Positions 1 through 10,873 of a stretch of 64,000 bases of DNA are shown in pieces. The position numbers and the translations under genes are program-made. The DNA comes from a virus (Duplodnaviria; Heunggongvirae; Uroviricota; Caudoviricetes), in the IMG/VR virus record IMGVR_UViG_3300028602_000005, positions 82,137-146,136 of that record, one strand, 5' to 3'. Positions within the stretch are counted from its first letter, which is position 1. Each line of letters opens with the position of its first letter. Below the pieces are notes generated by a model. The model saw only the letters and a list, made by a program, of their open reading frames with translations. It made no database searches and was not told the DNA's origin.

Positions 1-1
1 T

Positions 2-3000
2 TCTGCTAATTATGATGTTGGTTGGGCGAATCCTGCGGTTTTAGCATCTGGATATTCTGGATTTTCAGGTTATTCTGGTGTATTTGGACATTCTGGATAT
101 TCTGGATTTTCAGGTTATTCTGGTATAAGTGGATTTTCAGGTTATTCTGGAAAATCTGGATATTCAGGAATTTCAGGGATTTCAGGTTATAGTGGTTTTT
201 CTGGAATAAGTGGATTCAGTGGAATCTCAGGTTATAGTGGGATTAGTGGATACAGTGGAATTTCTGGATATAGTGGCATTTCAGGTATTAGTGGTTATAG
301 TGGATTTTCAGGTTATTCTGGTTATTCAGGATTTTCTGGCATTTCTGGATATAGTGGGATAAGCGGTTATTCAGGAATTTCAGGTATTTCTGGATATTCA
401 GGATTCTCTTCATATTCTGGTATTTCAGGTTTTAGTGGAATTTCAGGATATTCTGGTTTTTCAGGCATTTCTGGTTATAGTGGTATTTCAGGTATAAGCG
501 GATATAGCGGAATTTCAGGCATTTCTGGATACTCTGGAATTTCTGGGATAAGTGGATATTCTGGCATTTCTGGTTATAGTGGTTTTTCATCATATTCAGG
601 TATTTCTGGTTATAGTGGTTTTTCATCATATTCAGGATTCTCTGGATATTCTGGTATCTCAGGATATAGTGGATTTTCTGGCATTTCAGGTTATTCTGGA
701 AAATCAGGATATTCAGGTATTTCAGGATATTCTGGATTACAAGGATTTGTTGGACAAAGTGGATATTCAGGTATTTCAGGTTTAAGTGGAATTTCTGGAT
801 ATTCAGGTATTTTTGGAGCTTCTGGATACTCTGGAGTTGAAGGAGCATTTGCTGCATCTGGATATTCTGGACAAAGTGGATATTCAGGTTTAAGTGGATA
901 TTCTGGAGTATCAGGTTATAGTGGGATAAGTGGATATAGTGGCATCTCAGGAATTTCAGGATATTCTGGAATTTCAGGTATTTCTGGATACTCATCTTAT
1001 AGTGGAATTAGTGGATATTCAGGCATTTCTGGCTATTCAGGCATTTCTGGTTACAGTGGAATTAGTGGAATCTCTGGATATTCTGGATTAAAAGGTGATA
1101 CAGGCGATACAGGATTATCTGGTTATAGTGGAATTTCTGGCTATTCAGGCATTTCTGGTTATAGTGGTATCTCAGGAGTTTCTGGATATAGTGGAATCTC
1201 CGGTTATAGTGGAATTTCAGGGATAAGTGGTTATAGTGGGATAAGTGGAATTTCAGGCTATTCAGGATTTTCATCATATTCAGGTATTTCTGGTTATAGT
1301 GGTTTTTCATCATATTCAGGATACAGTGGTATTTCAGGATACTCATCTTATAGCGGTATTTCAGGTTATTCTGGTATCTCAGGGATAAGTGGTTATAGTG
1401 GGATTAGTGGATATTCAGGAATTTCAGGATTATCTGGTTATTCTGGAATTTCAGGATATTCTGGTAAATCTGGATATAGTGGCATTTCTGGATATTCAGG
1501 AATTTCAGGGATTTCAGGTTATAGTGGAATTTCAGGAAAATCAGGATATTCAGGATTACAAGGATTTATTGGATTAAGCGGTTATTCTGGTATTTTTGGA
1601 CACTCAGGATATTCAGGTATTTCTGGTTATAGTGGTATTTCTGGATATTCAGGAGTTTCAGGTTATTCTGGAATGGAAGGAGCATTTGCCGCTTCTGGAT
1701 ATTCAGGTATTTCTGGTTACAGTGGATTTTCTGGATATTCAGGAATTGAGGGAGCATATTCTGCATCAGGATATAGTGGAATCAGTGGATATTCAGGAGT
1801 TTCAGGATATAGTGGCATTTCAGGAATCAGTGGATATTCAGGATTTTCATCTTATTCTGGTATTTCTGGTTATAGTGGGATTAGTGGAATTTCAGGATAC
1901 AGTGGGATTAGTGGAATCTCAGGATATTCTGGATTAAAGGGAGACATTGGAGAAATTGGATTAAGCGGTTATAGTGGAATAAGCGGCATTTCAGGATATT
2001 CAGGTTATAGTGGAATTAGTGGGATTTCAGGTTATAGTGGGATTTCAGGACTTAGTGGAATTAGTGGATATTCTGGCATTTCAGGGATATCAGGTTATAG
2101 TGGGATTTCTGGATATTCAGGATTAAAGGGTGACACTGGAGAAATTGGATTAAGTGGTTATAGTGGAATATCAGGCATTTCTGGATATTCAGGATTAAAG
2201 GGAGACACTGGAGAAATTGGATTAAGTGGTTATAGTGGAATATCTGGATATAGTTCATATTCAGGTATTTCTGGATACTCATCTTACAGTGGTATTTCAG
2301 GATACAGTGGAATTTCTGGATACAGTGGAATCTCAGGATATTCAGGTATTTCAGGTATTTCTGGATATAGTTCATATTCTGGAATTTCAGGCATTTCTGG
2401 TTACAGTGGAAGATCAGGATATAGTGGAATTTCAGGTATTTCAGGATATAGTGGAAGATCAGGATACTCTGGAATTTCAGGGATTTCTGGTTATTCTGGA
2501 TTACAAGGATTTGTTGGAGAAGAAGGTTTAAGTGGATATAGTGGAATTTCAGGATATTCTGGTTTATCAGGATATTCAGGTATTTCTGGATATTCTGGAG
2601 AAATTGGAATTTCAGGATATAGTGGAATAAGTGGATTTTCTGGAATTTCAGGATATTCTGGTTTTGATGGTGCATTTGGAGCATCTGGATATTCTGGAGA
2701 AATTGGAATTTCAGGATATTCTGGCGTTTCAGGGATAAGTGGATACAGTGGAATCTCAGGATATTCAGGAATTTCAGGAATTTCTGGATACAGTTCTTAC
2801 TCAGGAATTTCTGGATACTCATCATATTCTGGTATTAGTGGATATTCATCTTATAGCGGTATTTCTGGATATTCTGGAATTTCTGGATACTCAGGGATAA
2901 GTGGTTATTCAGGTATTTCAGGTATTTCTGGATATTCATCATATTCTGGAATTTCTGGTTACAGTGGAATTTCTGGTTACAGTGGCATTTCAGGGATAAG

Positions 3001-6000
3001 TGGATATAGTGGAATCTCAGGATATTCTGGTATTTCAGGCATTTCAGGTTACTCATCTTATAGCGGTATTTCTGGATACTCATCATATTCTGGAATTTCT
3101 GGATATTCATCATATTCTGGAATTTCTGGTTATTCATCTTACAGTGGAATTTCTGGTTATTCAGGTATCTCAGGCATCTCAGGGTACTCTGGATTTTCAT
3201 CTTATAGTGGCATTTCAGGGTATTCTGGCATTTCTGGAATATCAGGTTATAGTGGCATTTCAGGCATTTCAGGCTATAGTGGAATTTCTGGTTATTCAGG
3301 CATTTCAGGGATAAGTGGATATTCAGGAATAAGTGGAATTTCAGGATTATCTGGTTATTCAGGCATTTCAGGATATTCAGGATTACAAGGATTTATTGGA
3401 CAAAGTGGATATAGCGGTATTTCAGGATATTCAGGGATAAGTGGAATTTCTGGTTATAGTGGAGTAAGTGGATATTCAGGCATATCTGGCATAAGTGGAT
3501 ATTCAGGAATTAGTGGAATTTCTGGTTATAGTGGAGTTGATGGAGCATTTGGAGCATCTGGATATTCTGGCATTTCAGGGATAAGTGGATATAGCGGTAT
3601 TTCAGGGATTTCTGGGTATTCAGGCATTTCAGGATACAGTGGAATTTCTGGTTATTCAGGCATTTCAGGATACAGTGGAATTGGATTATATTGGAAAGGA
3701 CAATGGTTAGTAGAAGTTGAATACTTTTTAAATGATGTGGTTTTTGATAATGGATCAACATTTATTTCATTACAAAATCATATTTCAACATCTGATGATG
3801 AACCTAATATCGGTGTGAATTGGGAAGATTATTGGAAATTCATGACTCAAAGTGGATATTCTGGATATTCTGGCATTTCAGGATATAGTGGAATAAGCGG
3901 TATATCTGGTTATAGTGGAATCTCAGGGATTAGTGGATATTCAGGGATTTTAGGTTACAGTGGAGTATCAGGTTATTCAGGGATTTCAGGTATTTCTGGT
4001 TATAGTGGAATTAGTGGGATTTCTGGATATAGTGGAATAAGTGGATATTCAGGGATTAGTGGAATATCTGGTTATTCAGGCATTTCTGGTTATAGTGGAG
4101 TCTCAGGTTATTCAGGAATTTCAGGTATTTCTGGTTATAGTGGAATATCTGGTATTTCAGGTATTTCTGGATATTCAGGCATTTCAGGTATTTCAGGGAT
4201 TTCAGGATATAGTGGGATTAGTGGAATCTCAGGATATTCTGGATTAGTCGGTGAACAGGGAATTCAAGGAATTTCTGGATATTCAGGCATTTCAGGTATT
4301 TCTGGCTATTCAGGAATTAGTGGAATTTCTGGCTATTCAGGGATAAGTGGAAAATCAGGATATTCAGGACTTCAAGGATTTGTTGGGCAAAGTGGATATT
4401 CAGGTATTAGTGGAATTTCAGGTTATTCAGGATTATCTGGATATAGTGGTATTTCAGGTTACAGTGGAATTATTGGAATTTCAGGTTATAGTGGGATATC
4501 TGGCATTTCAGGATATTCAGGAGTTGACGGTGCATTTGGAGCATCTGGTTATAGTGGAATTTCAGGAATTTCAGGTTATTCAGGATTATCAGGATATTCT
4601 GGCATTTCAGGTTATAGTGGAATATCTGGAATTTCAGGATATTCAGGCATCAGTGGAATTTCAGGATATTCAGGAATTGGTTTTCATTGGAAAGGATCAT
4701 GGGAAATTGATACTGCCTATGTTGAAACAGATGTTGTAGAGAATGACGGTTCAACATTTTTCTCTTTACAAGATCACACATCAACAGTTGATGATGAGCC
4801 TAGAATTGGAGTAAATTGGGAAGAATATTGGAAATTAATGGCCCAAAGTGGATATTCTGGCATAAGTGGATATAGTGGAATATCAGGATATTCAGGCATT
4901 TCAGGTATTTCTGGCTATTCAGGTATTAGTGGAATTTCAGGATACAGTGGAAGATCAGGTTATTCTGGCATTTCAGGCATTTCTGGATATTCAGGCATTT
5001 CAGGCATTTCTGGATATTCAGGATATTCATCTTATTCTGGTATTTCAGGTTACAGTGGAATTTCAGGAATATCAGGTTATAGTGGACATATTGGAGAGCA
5101 AGGCATTCAAGGAATTTCAGGATATTCAGGCATTTCAGGCATTTCTGGATATAGTGGAATTTCAGGATATAGTGGGATAAGTGGGATAAGTGGATATTCT
5201 GGTATTTCTGGATATTCAGGCATTTCAGGGATAAGTGGATATTCAGGATACTCATCTTATTCTGGTATTTCTGGGTATAGTGGAATTAGTGGAATAAGTG
5301 GATATTCAGGTATTTCAGGATACAGTGGAATTTCAGGCATTTCTGGTTATTCAGGAGTTCAAGGATTTGTTGGACAAAGTGGATATTCAGGCATTAGTGG
5401 AATTAGTGGTTATTCAGGATTATCTGGATATTCTGGCATTTCAGGGATTTCAGGTTATTCTGGAGTTTCTGGATATAGTGGGATAAGTGGAATCAGTGGT
5501 TATTCTGGAATTTCAGGGATTAGTGGATATTCTGGAGTTGATGGTGCATTTGGAGCATCTGGATATTCAGGTATTTCAGGGATAAGTGGAATTTCAGGAT
5601 ACTCATCTTATTCTGGTATTTCTGGATATTCAGGGATAAGTGGAATTTCAGGATATAGTGGTATTTCTGGATATTCAGGCATTTCAGGTATTTCTGGATA
5701 CTCATCATATTCAGGCATTTCTGGATATAGTGGATTTTCATCATATTCAGGAATCAGTGGATATTCTGGTATTTCAGGAATCTCTGGTTATTCTGGAAGA
5801 TCTGGTTACAGTGGGATTAGCGGAATCTCAGGATATTCTGGATACTCATCTTATAGTGGTATTTCTGGATATTCAGGATTTTCATCATATTCAGGCATTT
5901 CTGGATATAGTGGCATTTCAGGGATTAGTGGATATTCAGGTCGATCTGGTTATAGTGGAATTTCTGGAATTTCAGGATATTCATCTTACAGTGGAATTTC

Positions 6001-9000
6001 AGGCTATTCTGGATACTCATCTTATAGCGGAATAAGTGGATATTCTGGCATTTCAGGAATTTCAGGATATAGCGGAATTTCAGGTTATTCAGGAATTTCA
6101 GGTATTTCTGGCTATTCTGGATTTTCATCATATTCTGGAATAAGTGGATATTCATCTTACAGTGGAATTTCTGGATATTCAGGTATTTCAGGAATTTCAG
6201 GTTATAGTGGGATTAGTGGATATTCTGGTATTTCAGGGATTAGTGGATATAGTGGGATTTCTGGAAAATCTGGATATTCTGGACTTCAAGGATTTGTTGG
6301 ACAGAGTGGCTATTCTGGAATCAGTGGATATTCTGGCATTTCAGGATACTCAGGACGATCTGGTTATTCTGGAATTAGTGGAATCTCAGGCTATTCTGGA
6401 TTCTCATCTTACAGTGGAATCAGTGGATACTCATCATACTCAGGTATTTCTGGATATAGTGGGATAAGTGGAAAATCAGGATACTCAGGTATCTCTGGAT
6501 ATAGTGGGATAAGTGGAATTTCAGGTTATTCAGGAATTTCAGGTATTTCTGGATACTCATCTTATAGTGGAATTTCAGGATATTCAGGAAGATCAGGATA
6601 TAGTGGTATTTCTGGTTATAGTGGGATCAGTGGAATCTCAGGTTACTCAGGATATTCATCATATTCTGGAATATCAGGTTATTCTGGATACTCATCTTAC
6701 AGTGGAATTTCTGGATATTCAGGGATTTCAGGCATTTCTGGATATTCTGGTAGATCAGGATATTCAGGGATCAGTGGAATTTCTGGTTATTCTGGATTCT
6801 CATCTTACAGTGGAATTTCAGGATATTCATCATATTCAGGTATTTCAGGATATAGTGGGATTAGTGGCATTTCTGGATATTCTGGTAGATCAGGATATTC
6901 TGGCATTTCAGGGATTAGTGGTTATAGTGGAATTTCTGGAATTTCTGGATACTCATCTTATTCTGGAATTTCAGGTTATTCAGGAATTAGTGGAATTTCA
7001 GGTTATTCAGGGATCAGTGGATATTCTGGAAGATCTGGATATAGTGGTATTTCAGGAATTTCAGGTTACTCATCTTATAGTGGAATTAGTGGATATTCTG
7101 GATTTTCATCTTATAGTGGTATCTCTGGATATAGTGGAATAAGTGGAATTTCAGGTTATTCTGGAAGATCTGGTTATTCTGGAATTTCAGGCATTTCTGG
7201 TTATAGTGGATTCTCATCATATTCTGGAATCAGTGGATACTCATCTTATAGTGGAATCAGTGGATATTCTGGAATTTCAGGCATTTCTGGATATTCTGGT
7301 CGATCTGGTTACTCTGGTATTTCAGGGATTTCTGGATATAGTGGATTCTCATCTTATTCAGGAATTTCTGGATATTCATCATATTCAGGTATTTCAGGCT
7401 ATAGTGGTATTTCAGGTATTTCTGGATATTCAGGACGATCTGGATACAGTGGAATTTCTGGTATTTCTGGATATTCAGGATTCTCATCTTATTCAGGTAT
7501 TTCAGGATACTCATCTTACAGTGGAATTTCTGGATATTCTGGCATTAGTGGAATTTCTGGATATTCTGGGAGATCTGGTTATTCAGGAATTTCAGGCATT
7601 TCAGGATACAGTGGGATAAGTGGAATTTCTGGATACTCATCATATTCAGGCATTTCTGGATATAGTGGAATAAGTGGAATCAGTGGATATTCAGGTATTT
7701 CTGGATATAGTGGTCGTTCAGGATATTCAGGGATAAGTGGCATTTCAGGATATTCAGGATATTCATCTTATTCTGGAATCAGTGGATACTCATCTTATTC
7801 TGGAATCAGTGGATATTCTGGAATTTCAGGCATTTCTGGTTATAGTGGAAGATCTGGATATTCTGGCATTAGTGGAATTTCAGGTTATTCAGGATTTTCA
7901 TCATATTCAGGCATTTCTGGATATTCATCTTATAGTGGAATCTCAGGCTATAGTGGTATTTCAGGTATTTCTGGATATTCAGGACGATCAGGTTATAGTG
8001 GAATTAGTGGAATTTCAGGTTATTCTGGAATAAGTGGAATTTCTGGATACTCATCATATTCAGGCATTTCTGGATATAGTGGTATTTCAGGCATTTCTGG
8101 ATATTCGGGGATAAGCGGAATATCTGGATATAGTGGTCGTTCAGGCTACTCAGGAATTAGTGGAATTTCAGGATATAGTGGATTCTCATCATATTCTGGT
8201 ATTTCAGGATACAGTTCATATTCCGGTATTTCAGGATATAGTGGAATTTCAGGAATTTCTGGCTATAGTGGAAGATCAGGATATTCTGGAATTTCAGGCA
8301 TTTCAGGATATAGTGGATTCTCATCTTATTCAGGTATTTCAGGATATTCATCTTATAGCGGTATTTCTGGATACAGTGGTATTTCAGGCATTTCTGGCTA
8401 TAGTGGAATTTCAGGGATTAGTGGATATTCAGGGAGATCAGGTTACAGCGGAATAAGCGGAATTTCTGGATACTCATCTTATAGCGGTATTTCTGGATAT
8501 AGTGGAATATCAGGCATTTCTGGATATTCTGGACGATCAGGATATTCTGGCATTTCTGGTATTTCAGGTTATAGTGGAATAAGTGGAATATCAGGATATT
8601 CATCATATTCAGGCATTTCTGGATACTCATCATATTCAGGTATTTCAGGTTATTCAGGAATTTCAGGTATTTCTGGTTATTCTGGACGATCAGGATATTC
8701 AGGAATTAGTGGAATTTCTGGATATTCATCATATTCAGGTATTTCAGGCTATAGTGGTATTTCAGGGATTAGTGGATATTCAGGTCGATCTGGATATTCT
8801 GGTATTTCAGGAATAAGTGGATATAGTGGGATTAGTGGAATCTCTGGATACTCAGGAAGATCAGGATATAGTGGAATAAGCGGTCATTCAGGATATTCTG
8901 GAATTTCAGGATATAATACAAATGTGAGTGGAACATCTGGATATGTAGCCAAATTTATTGGAACAAATGATGTTGGTGATTCTGGAATGTATGAGGGATC

Positions 9001-9370
9001 ATCAGGATTTGGAATTGGGACAACATCACCAAGAGCAAAAATGCACATTGTTTCAGCAACTTCTGGATATCAAGCTCTATTAGTTGAAGGGACTCAAGGT
9101 GAATTATTTAGTATTTATGATGACTTATCAGGAGTTTTACATTCAGTTAATGATATTTCTGGAATGCCAATTCTTGAAGTAAATGAAGATGATAGAGTAA
9201 AAGTATATGGAACTATTGAAGGTGGATTAAAAGATCCTCCAGATACTCCAGATGCAAATAATTTTAGATTATTTTTATATGGATCTGGAACAACTCCAAA
9301 TAGAGAAGTTGGTGTAAAAATGTTAATGGAAGATGGAACAGAAATAATAATGGGATCAATCTTAATGTAA
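2..9370 (+). CDS. Giant Gly-X-Ser collagen-like tail fibre/virion protein (>3100 aa, 5' end outside window)
   Basis: Frame of ORF 1673..9370 stays open back to base 2 (SANYDVGWANPAVLASGYSG...). Gly at nearly every third residue. C-terminal FGIGTTSPRAKMHI and GELFSIYDDLSGVLHSVNDISGMPILEV segments are typical of phage tail fibres. Confidence 0.8.
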   Translation, partial: SANYDVGWANPAVLASGYSGFSGYSGVFGHSGYSGFSGYSGISGFSGYSGKSGYSGISGISGYSGFSGISGFSGISGYSGISGYSGISGYSGISGISGYSGFSGYSGYSGFSGISGYSGISGYSGISGISGYSGFSSYSGISGFSGISGYSGFSGISGYSGISGISGYSGISGISGYSGISGISGYSGISGYSGFSSYSGISGYSGFSSYSGFSGYSGISGYSGFSGISGYSGKSGYSGISGYSGLQGFVGQSGYSGISGLSGISGYSGIFGASGYSGVEGAFAASGYSGQSGYSGLSGYSGVSGYSGISGYSGISGISGYSGISGISGYSSYSGISGYSGISGYSGISGYSGISGISGYSGLKGDTGDTGLSGYSGISGYSGISGYSGISGVSGYSGISGYSGISGISGYSGISGISGYSGFSSYSGISGYSGFSSYSGYSGISGYSSYSGISGYSGISGISGYSGISGYSGISGLSGYSGISGYSGKSGYSGISGYSGISGISGYSGISGKSGYSGLQGFIGLSGYSGIFGHSGYSGISGYSGISGYSGVSGYSGMEGAFAASGYSGISGYSGFSGYSGIEGAYSASGYSGISGYSGVSGYSGISGISGYSGFSSYSGISGYSGISGISGYSGISGISGYSGLKGDIGEIGLSGYSGISGISGYSGYSGISGISGYSGISGLSGISGYSGISGISGYSGISGYSGLKGDTGEIGLSGYSGISGISGYSGLKGDTGEIGLSGYSGISGYSSYSGISGYSSYSGISGYSGISGYSGISGYSGISGISGYSSYSGISGISGYSGRSGYSGISGISGYSGRSGYSGISGISGYSGLQGFVGEEGLSGYSGISGYSGLSGYSGISGYSGEIGISGYSGISGFSGISGYSGFDGAFGASGYSGEIGISGYSGVSGISGYSGISGYSGISGISGYSSYSGISGYSSYSGISGYSSYSGISGYSGISGYSGISGYSGISGISGYSSYSGISGYSGISGYSGISGISGYSGISGYSGISGISGYSSYSGISGYSSYSGISGYSSYSGISGYSSYSGISGYSGISGISGYSGFSSYSGISGYSGISGISGYSGISGISGYSGISGYSGISGISGYSGISGISGLSGYSGISGYSGLQGFIGQSGYSGISGYSGISGISGYSGVSGYSGISGISGYSGISGISGYSGVDGAFGASGYSGISGISGYSGISGISGYSGISGYSGISGYSGISGYSGIGLYWKGQWLVEVEYFLNDVVFDNGSTFISLQNHISTSDDEPNIGVNWEDYWKFMTQSGYSGYSGISGYSGISGISGYSGISGISGYSGILGYSGVSGYSGISGISGYSGISGISGYSGISGYSGISGISGYSGISGYSGVSGYSGISGISGYSGISGISGISGYSGISGISGISGYSGISGISGYSGLVGEQGIQGISGYSGISGISGYSGISGISGYSGISGKSGYSGLQGFVGQSGYSGISGISGYSGLSGYSGISGYSGIIGISGYSGISGISGYSGVDGAFGASGYSGISGISGYSGLSGYSGISGYSGISGISGYSGISGISGYSGIGFHWKGSWEIDTAYVETDVVENDGSTFFSLQDHTSTVDDEPRIGVNWEEYWKLMAQSGYSGISGYSGISGYSGISGISGYSGISGISGYSGRSGYSGISGISGYSGISGISGYSGYSSYSGISGYSGISGISGYSGHIGEQGIQGISGYSGISGISGYSGISGYSGISGISGYSGISGYSGISGISGYSGYSSYSGISGYSGISGISGYSGISGYSGISGISGYSGVQGFVGQSGYSGISGISGYSGLSGYSGISGISGYSGVSGYSGISGISGYSGISGISGYSGVDGAFGASGYSGISGISGISGYSSYSGISGYSGISGISGYSGISGYSGISGISGYSSYSGISGYSGFSSYSGISGYSGISGISGYSGRSGYSGISGISGYSGYSSYSGISGYSGFSSYSGISGYSGISGISGYSGRSGYSGISGISGYSSYSGISGYSGYSSYSGISGYSGISGISGYSGISGYSGISGISGYSGFSSYSGISGYSSYSGISGYSGISGISGYSGISGYSGISGISGYSGISGKSGYSGLQGFVGQSGYSGISGYSGISGYSGRSGYSGISGISGYSGFSSYSGISGYSSYSGISGYSGISGKSGYSGISGYSGISGISGYSGISGISGYSSYSGISGYSGRSGYSGISGYSGISGISGYSGYSSYSGISGYSGYSSYSGISGYSGISGISGYSGRSGYSGISGISGYSGFSSYSGISGYSSYSGISGYSGISGISGYSGRSGYSGISGISGYSGISGISGYSSYSGISGYSGISGISGYSGISGYSGRSGYSGISGISGYSSYSGISGYSGFSSYSGISGYSGISGISGYSGRSGYSGISGISGYSGFSSYSGISGYSSYSGISGYSGISGISGYSGRSGYSGISGISGYSGFSSYSGISGYSSYSGISGYSGISGISGYSGRSGYSGISGISGYSGFSSYSGISGYSSYSGISGYSGISGISGYSGRSGYSGISGISGYSGISGISGYSSYSGISGYSGISGISGYSGISGYSGRSGYSGISGISGYSGYSSYSGISGYSSYSGISGYSGISGISGYSGRSGYSGISGISGYSGFSSYSGISGYSSYSGISGYSGISGISGYSGRSGYSGISGISGYSGISGISGYSSYSGISGYSGISGISGYSGISGISGYSGRSGYSGISGISGYSGFSSYSGISGYSSYSGISGYSGISGISGYSGRSGYSGISGISGYSGFSSYSGISGYSSYSGISGYSGISGISGYSGISGISGYSGRSGYSGISGISGYSSYSGISGYSGISGISGYSGRSGYSGISGISGYSGISGISGYSSYSGISGYSSYSGISGYSGISGISGYSGRSGYSGISGISGYSSYSGISGYSGISGISGYSGRSGYSGISGISGYSGISGISGYSGRSGYSGISGHSGYSGISGYNTNVSGTSGYVAKFIGTNDVGDSGMYEGSSGFGIGTTSPRAKMHIVSATSGYQALLVEGTQGELFSIYDDLSGVLHSVNDISGMPILEVNEDDRVKVYGTIEGGLKDPPDTPDANNFRLFLYGSGTTPNREVGVKMLMEDGTEIIMGSILM
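3680..3850 (+). other. CBM5/12 (ChtBD3)-like module 1 embedded in collagen-like repeat
   Basis: WKGQWLVEVEYFLNDVVFDNGSTFISLQNH..EP..W..YW matches the W-x5-Y-x3-D-V-V-x2-N-G-x2 pattern. Confidence 0.55.
4676..4845 (+). other. CBM5/12-like module 2 embedded in collagen-like repeat
   Basis: WKGSWEIDTAYVETDVVENDGSTFFSLQDH..EP..W..YW, a paralog of module 1. Confidence 0.55.
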
Positions 9371-9385
9371 AAGGGAGAAATTGAA

Positions 9386-10129
9386 TTGGCTTTTCATCAT
9401 AGTCCTAGAATAATAACAGATGGTTTAATAATGTATTTAGATGCCGGAAATATAAAATCATATCCTAAAACTGGAAATACTTGGTATGATTTAAAAAGAA
9501 CTTATAATGCCACCATTGTCGGACCAAGTTTTAATTCAAATGGATATTTTGATTTTTTAGGTCAGGGAGAATATGATGGTGATCCCACAGGTGATTATAT
9601 TTCTTTAAATAATGATGTTACAAATACTTCTCCCTCGATAAAACCAAATGGCGTTACATATGATTGGTGGATGAAATTCAATGGAAATCAAACACATGGT
9701 CATTGTATTTTATATGGTAGTGGAACAATGAATCATATGGAGTGGCGAGGAACAACAACAGATGGATATTGGAGAACTGAAGCAGCAATACAAAATGGAT
9801 ATTCTTTTGGAGCGAGTGGGGATTTTGGACATCAATTAGAAGAATGGTTTAATATGACAGTTGTTTTTGCAAATAATGAAGAATTTAGACCTGTAAGATG
9901 GTATTTAAATGGTAATCTTTTTTATACTGGAAATATGACAGGAGGAACAAGTCCATCCACCGAATATTTTAGACCAAATGCATTTGGTAGAGCAACTGGA
10001 ACTTCACAATATTTATATTCTGAAAGTTTTTTAGGAAGTTTATCTATTTTTAAAATATATGATCGAGTTTTAACACCAGGAGAAATATTATATAATCATA
10101 TCGCTTTAAGAGGTAGGTTTGGAGTATAA
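9386..10129 (+). CDS. LamG/concanavalin A-like domain protein (tail-associated)
   Basis: SPRIITDGLIMYLDAGNIKSYP N-terminus, GNLFYTG, IFKIYDRVLTPGEI..N..ALRGRFG C-terminus. TTG start. Confidence 0.8.
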   Translation: MAFHHSPRIITDGLIMYLDAGNIKSYPKTGNTWYDLKRTYNATIVGPSFNSNGYFDFLGQGEYDGDPTGDYISLNNDVTNTSPSIKPNGVTYDWWMKFNGNQTHGHCILYGSGTMNHMEWRGTTTDGYWRTEAAIQNGYSFGASGDFGHQLEEWFNMTVVFANNEEFRPVRWYLNGNLFYTGNMTGGTSPSTEYFRPNAFGRATGTSQYLYSESFLGSLSIFKIYDRVLTPGEILYNHIALRGRFGV

Positions 10130-10812
10130 TGTCAACTAAATTTGGATCAAAAATAATTACAGAAGGATTAGTTTTACATTTAGACGCAAAAAATATTAAA
10201 TCATATATTGGAAGTGGAACAGATTGGTTTGATTTAAGTGGAAATGAAAATAATGCCACAATGTATAATTTAACATATGATGATGGATCAATAATATATA
10301 ATGCCGCAAATGATAGAGCCGTAATTTCAAATTATTTTATAACTGGCGCAACATCATTATCTATGTCTGCTTGGTTTATGATGACTGGTGGTGCTGGAAC
10401 ATATAGATGTATTGTTCATAAAGGAACTGATACAAGTGTTGGAAATTCTGAATATTGGACAGGATTTAGTGGGGCAAATACAATTGTTTCGACTATTGGT
10501 GCTGGATCTGGTGTTGGATGGGCTGCTGGAAATACTGGAATATCAGGAATTTTAGATACTTGGTATAATACATGTTCTGTTTGGAATGGATCTAATGTGA
10601 GAGTTTTTGTAAATGGTGATTATAAAATGAATTATAATTTATTATCTTTAACTCAAAATAATCTTTATACTCGTATTGGAGCATCTAGTGATACTGGTGC
10701 ATATCAAGTCATAGGAAAAATTTCAATTGTAAATATTTATAAAAATGTAGCTCTCACAGATTCTCAAGTCAAATCCAACTTCAATGCCCTCAGAGGAAGA
10801 TTCGGTATTTAA
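10129..10812 (+). CDS. LamG/concanavalin A-like domain protein, paralog
   Basis: IITEGLVLHLDAKNIKSY..G..W.DLSGN, WYNTCSVWNG..VRVFVNG, NFNALRGRFG. Confidence 0.85.
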   Translation: MSTKFGSKIITEGLVLHLDAKNIKSYIGSGTDWFDLSGNENNATMYNLTYDDGSIIYNAANDRAVISNYFITGATSLSMSAWFMMTGGAGTYRCIVHKGTDTSVGNSEYWTGFSGANTIVSTIGAGSGVGWAAGNTGISGILDTWYNTCSVWNGSNVRVFVNGDYKMNYNLLSLTQNNLYTRIGASSDTGAYQVIGKISIVNIYKNVALTDSQVKSNFNALRGRFGI

Positions 10813-10825
10813 ATCCAGTTTTATT

Positions 10826-10837
10826 CTTAGAACAAAA
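10826..10837 (+). promoter_or_regulatory. CTTAGAACAAAA motif (putative late promoter)
   Basis: Exact 12-mer, intergenic, upstream of 10874. Confidence 0.6.
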
Positions 10838-10873
10838 TATAAAACCTAAATAATAAGGAATAATCACTAATTT

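Larger units (their letters stand above)
47..8913 (+). repeat. Degenerate 9-nt (Gly-X-Ser) coding repeat, X mostly Tyr/Ile
   Basis: Continuous tct/tca/agt-ggN-tat/att triplets, interrupted only by two short globular inserts and short conventional collagen stretches. Confidence 0.97.

Noticed and set aside
47-8913. Resemblance of GYS repeats to ice-nucleation proteins
   Set aside because: Those have 16-residue AGYGSTxT units. Here the period is strictly 3, with in-phase collagen segments.
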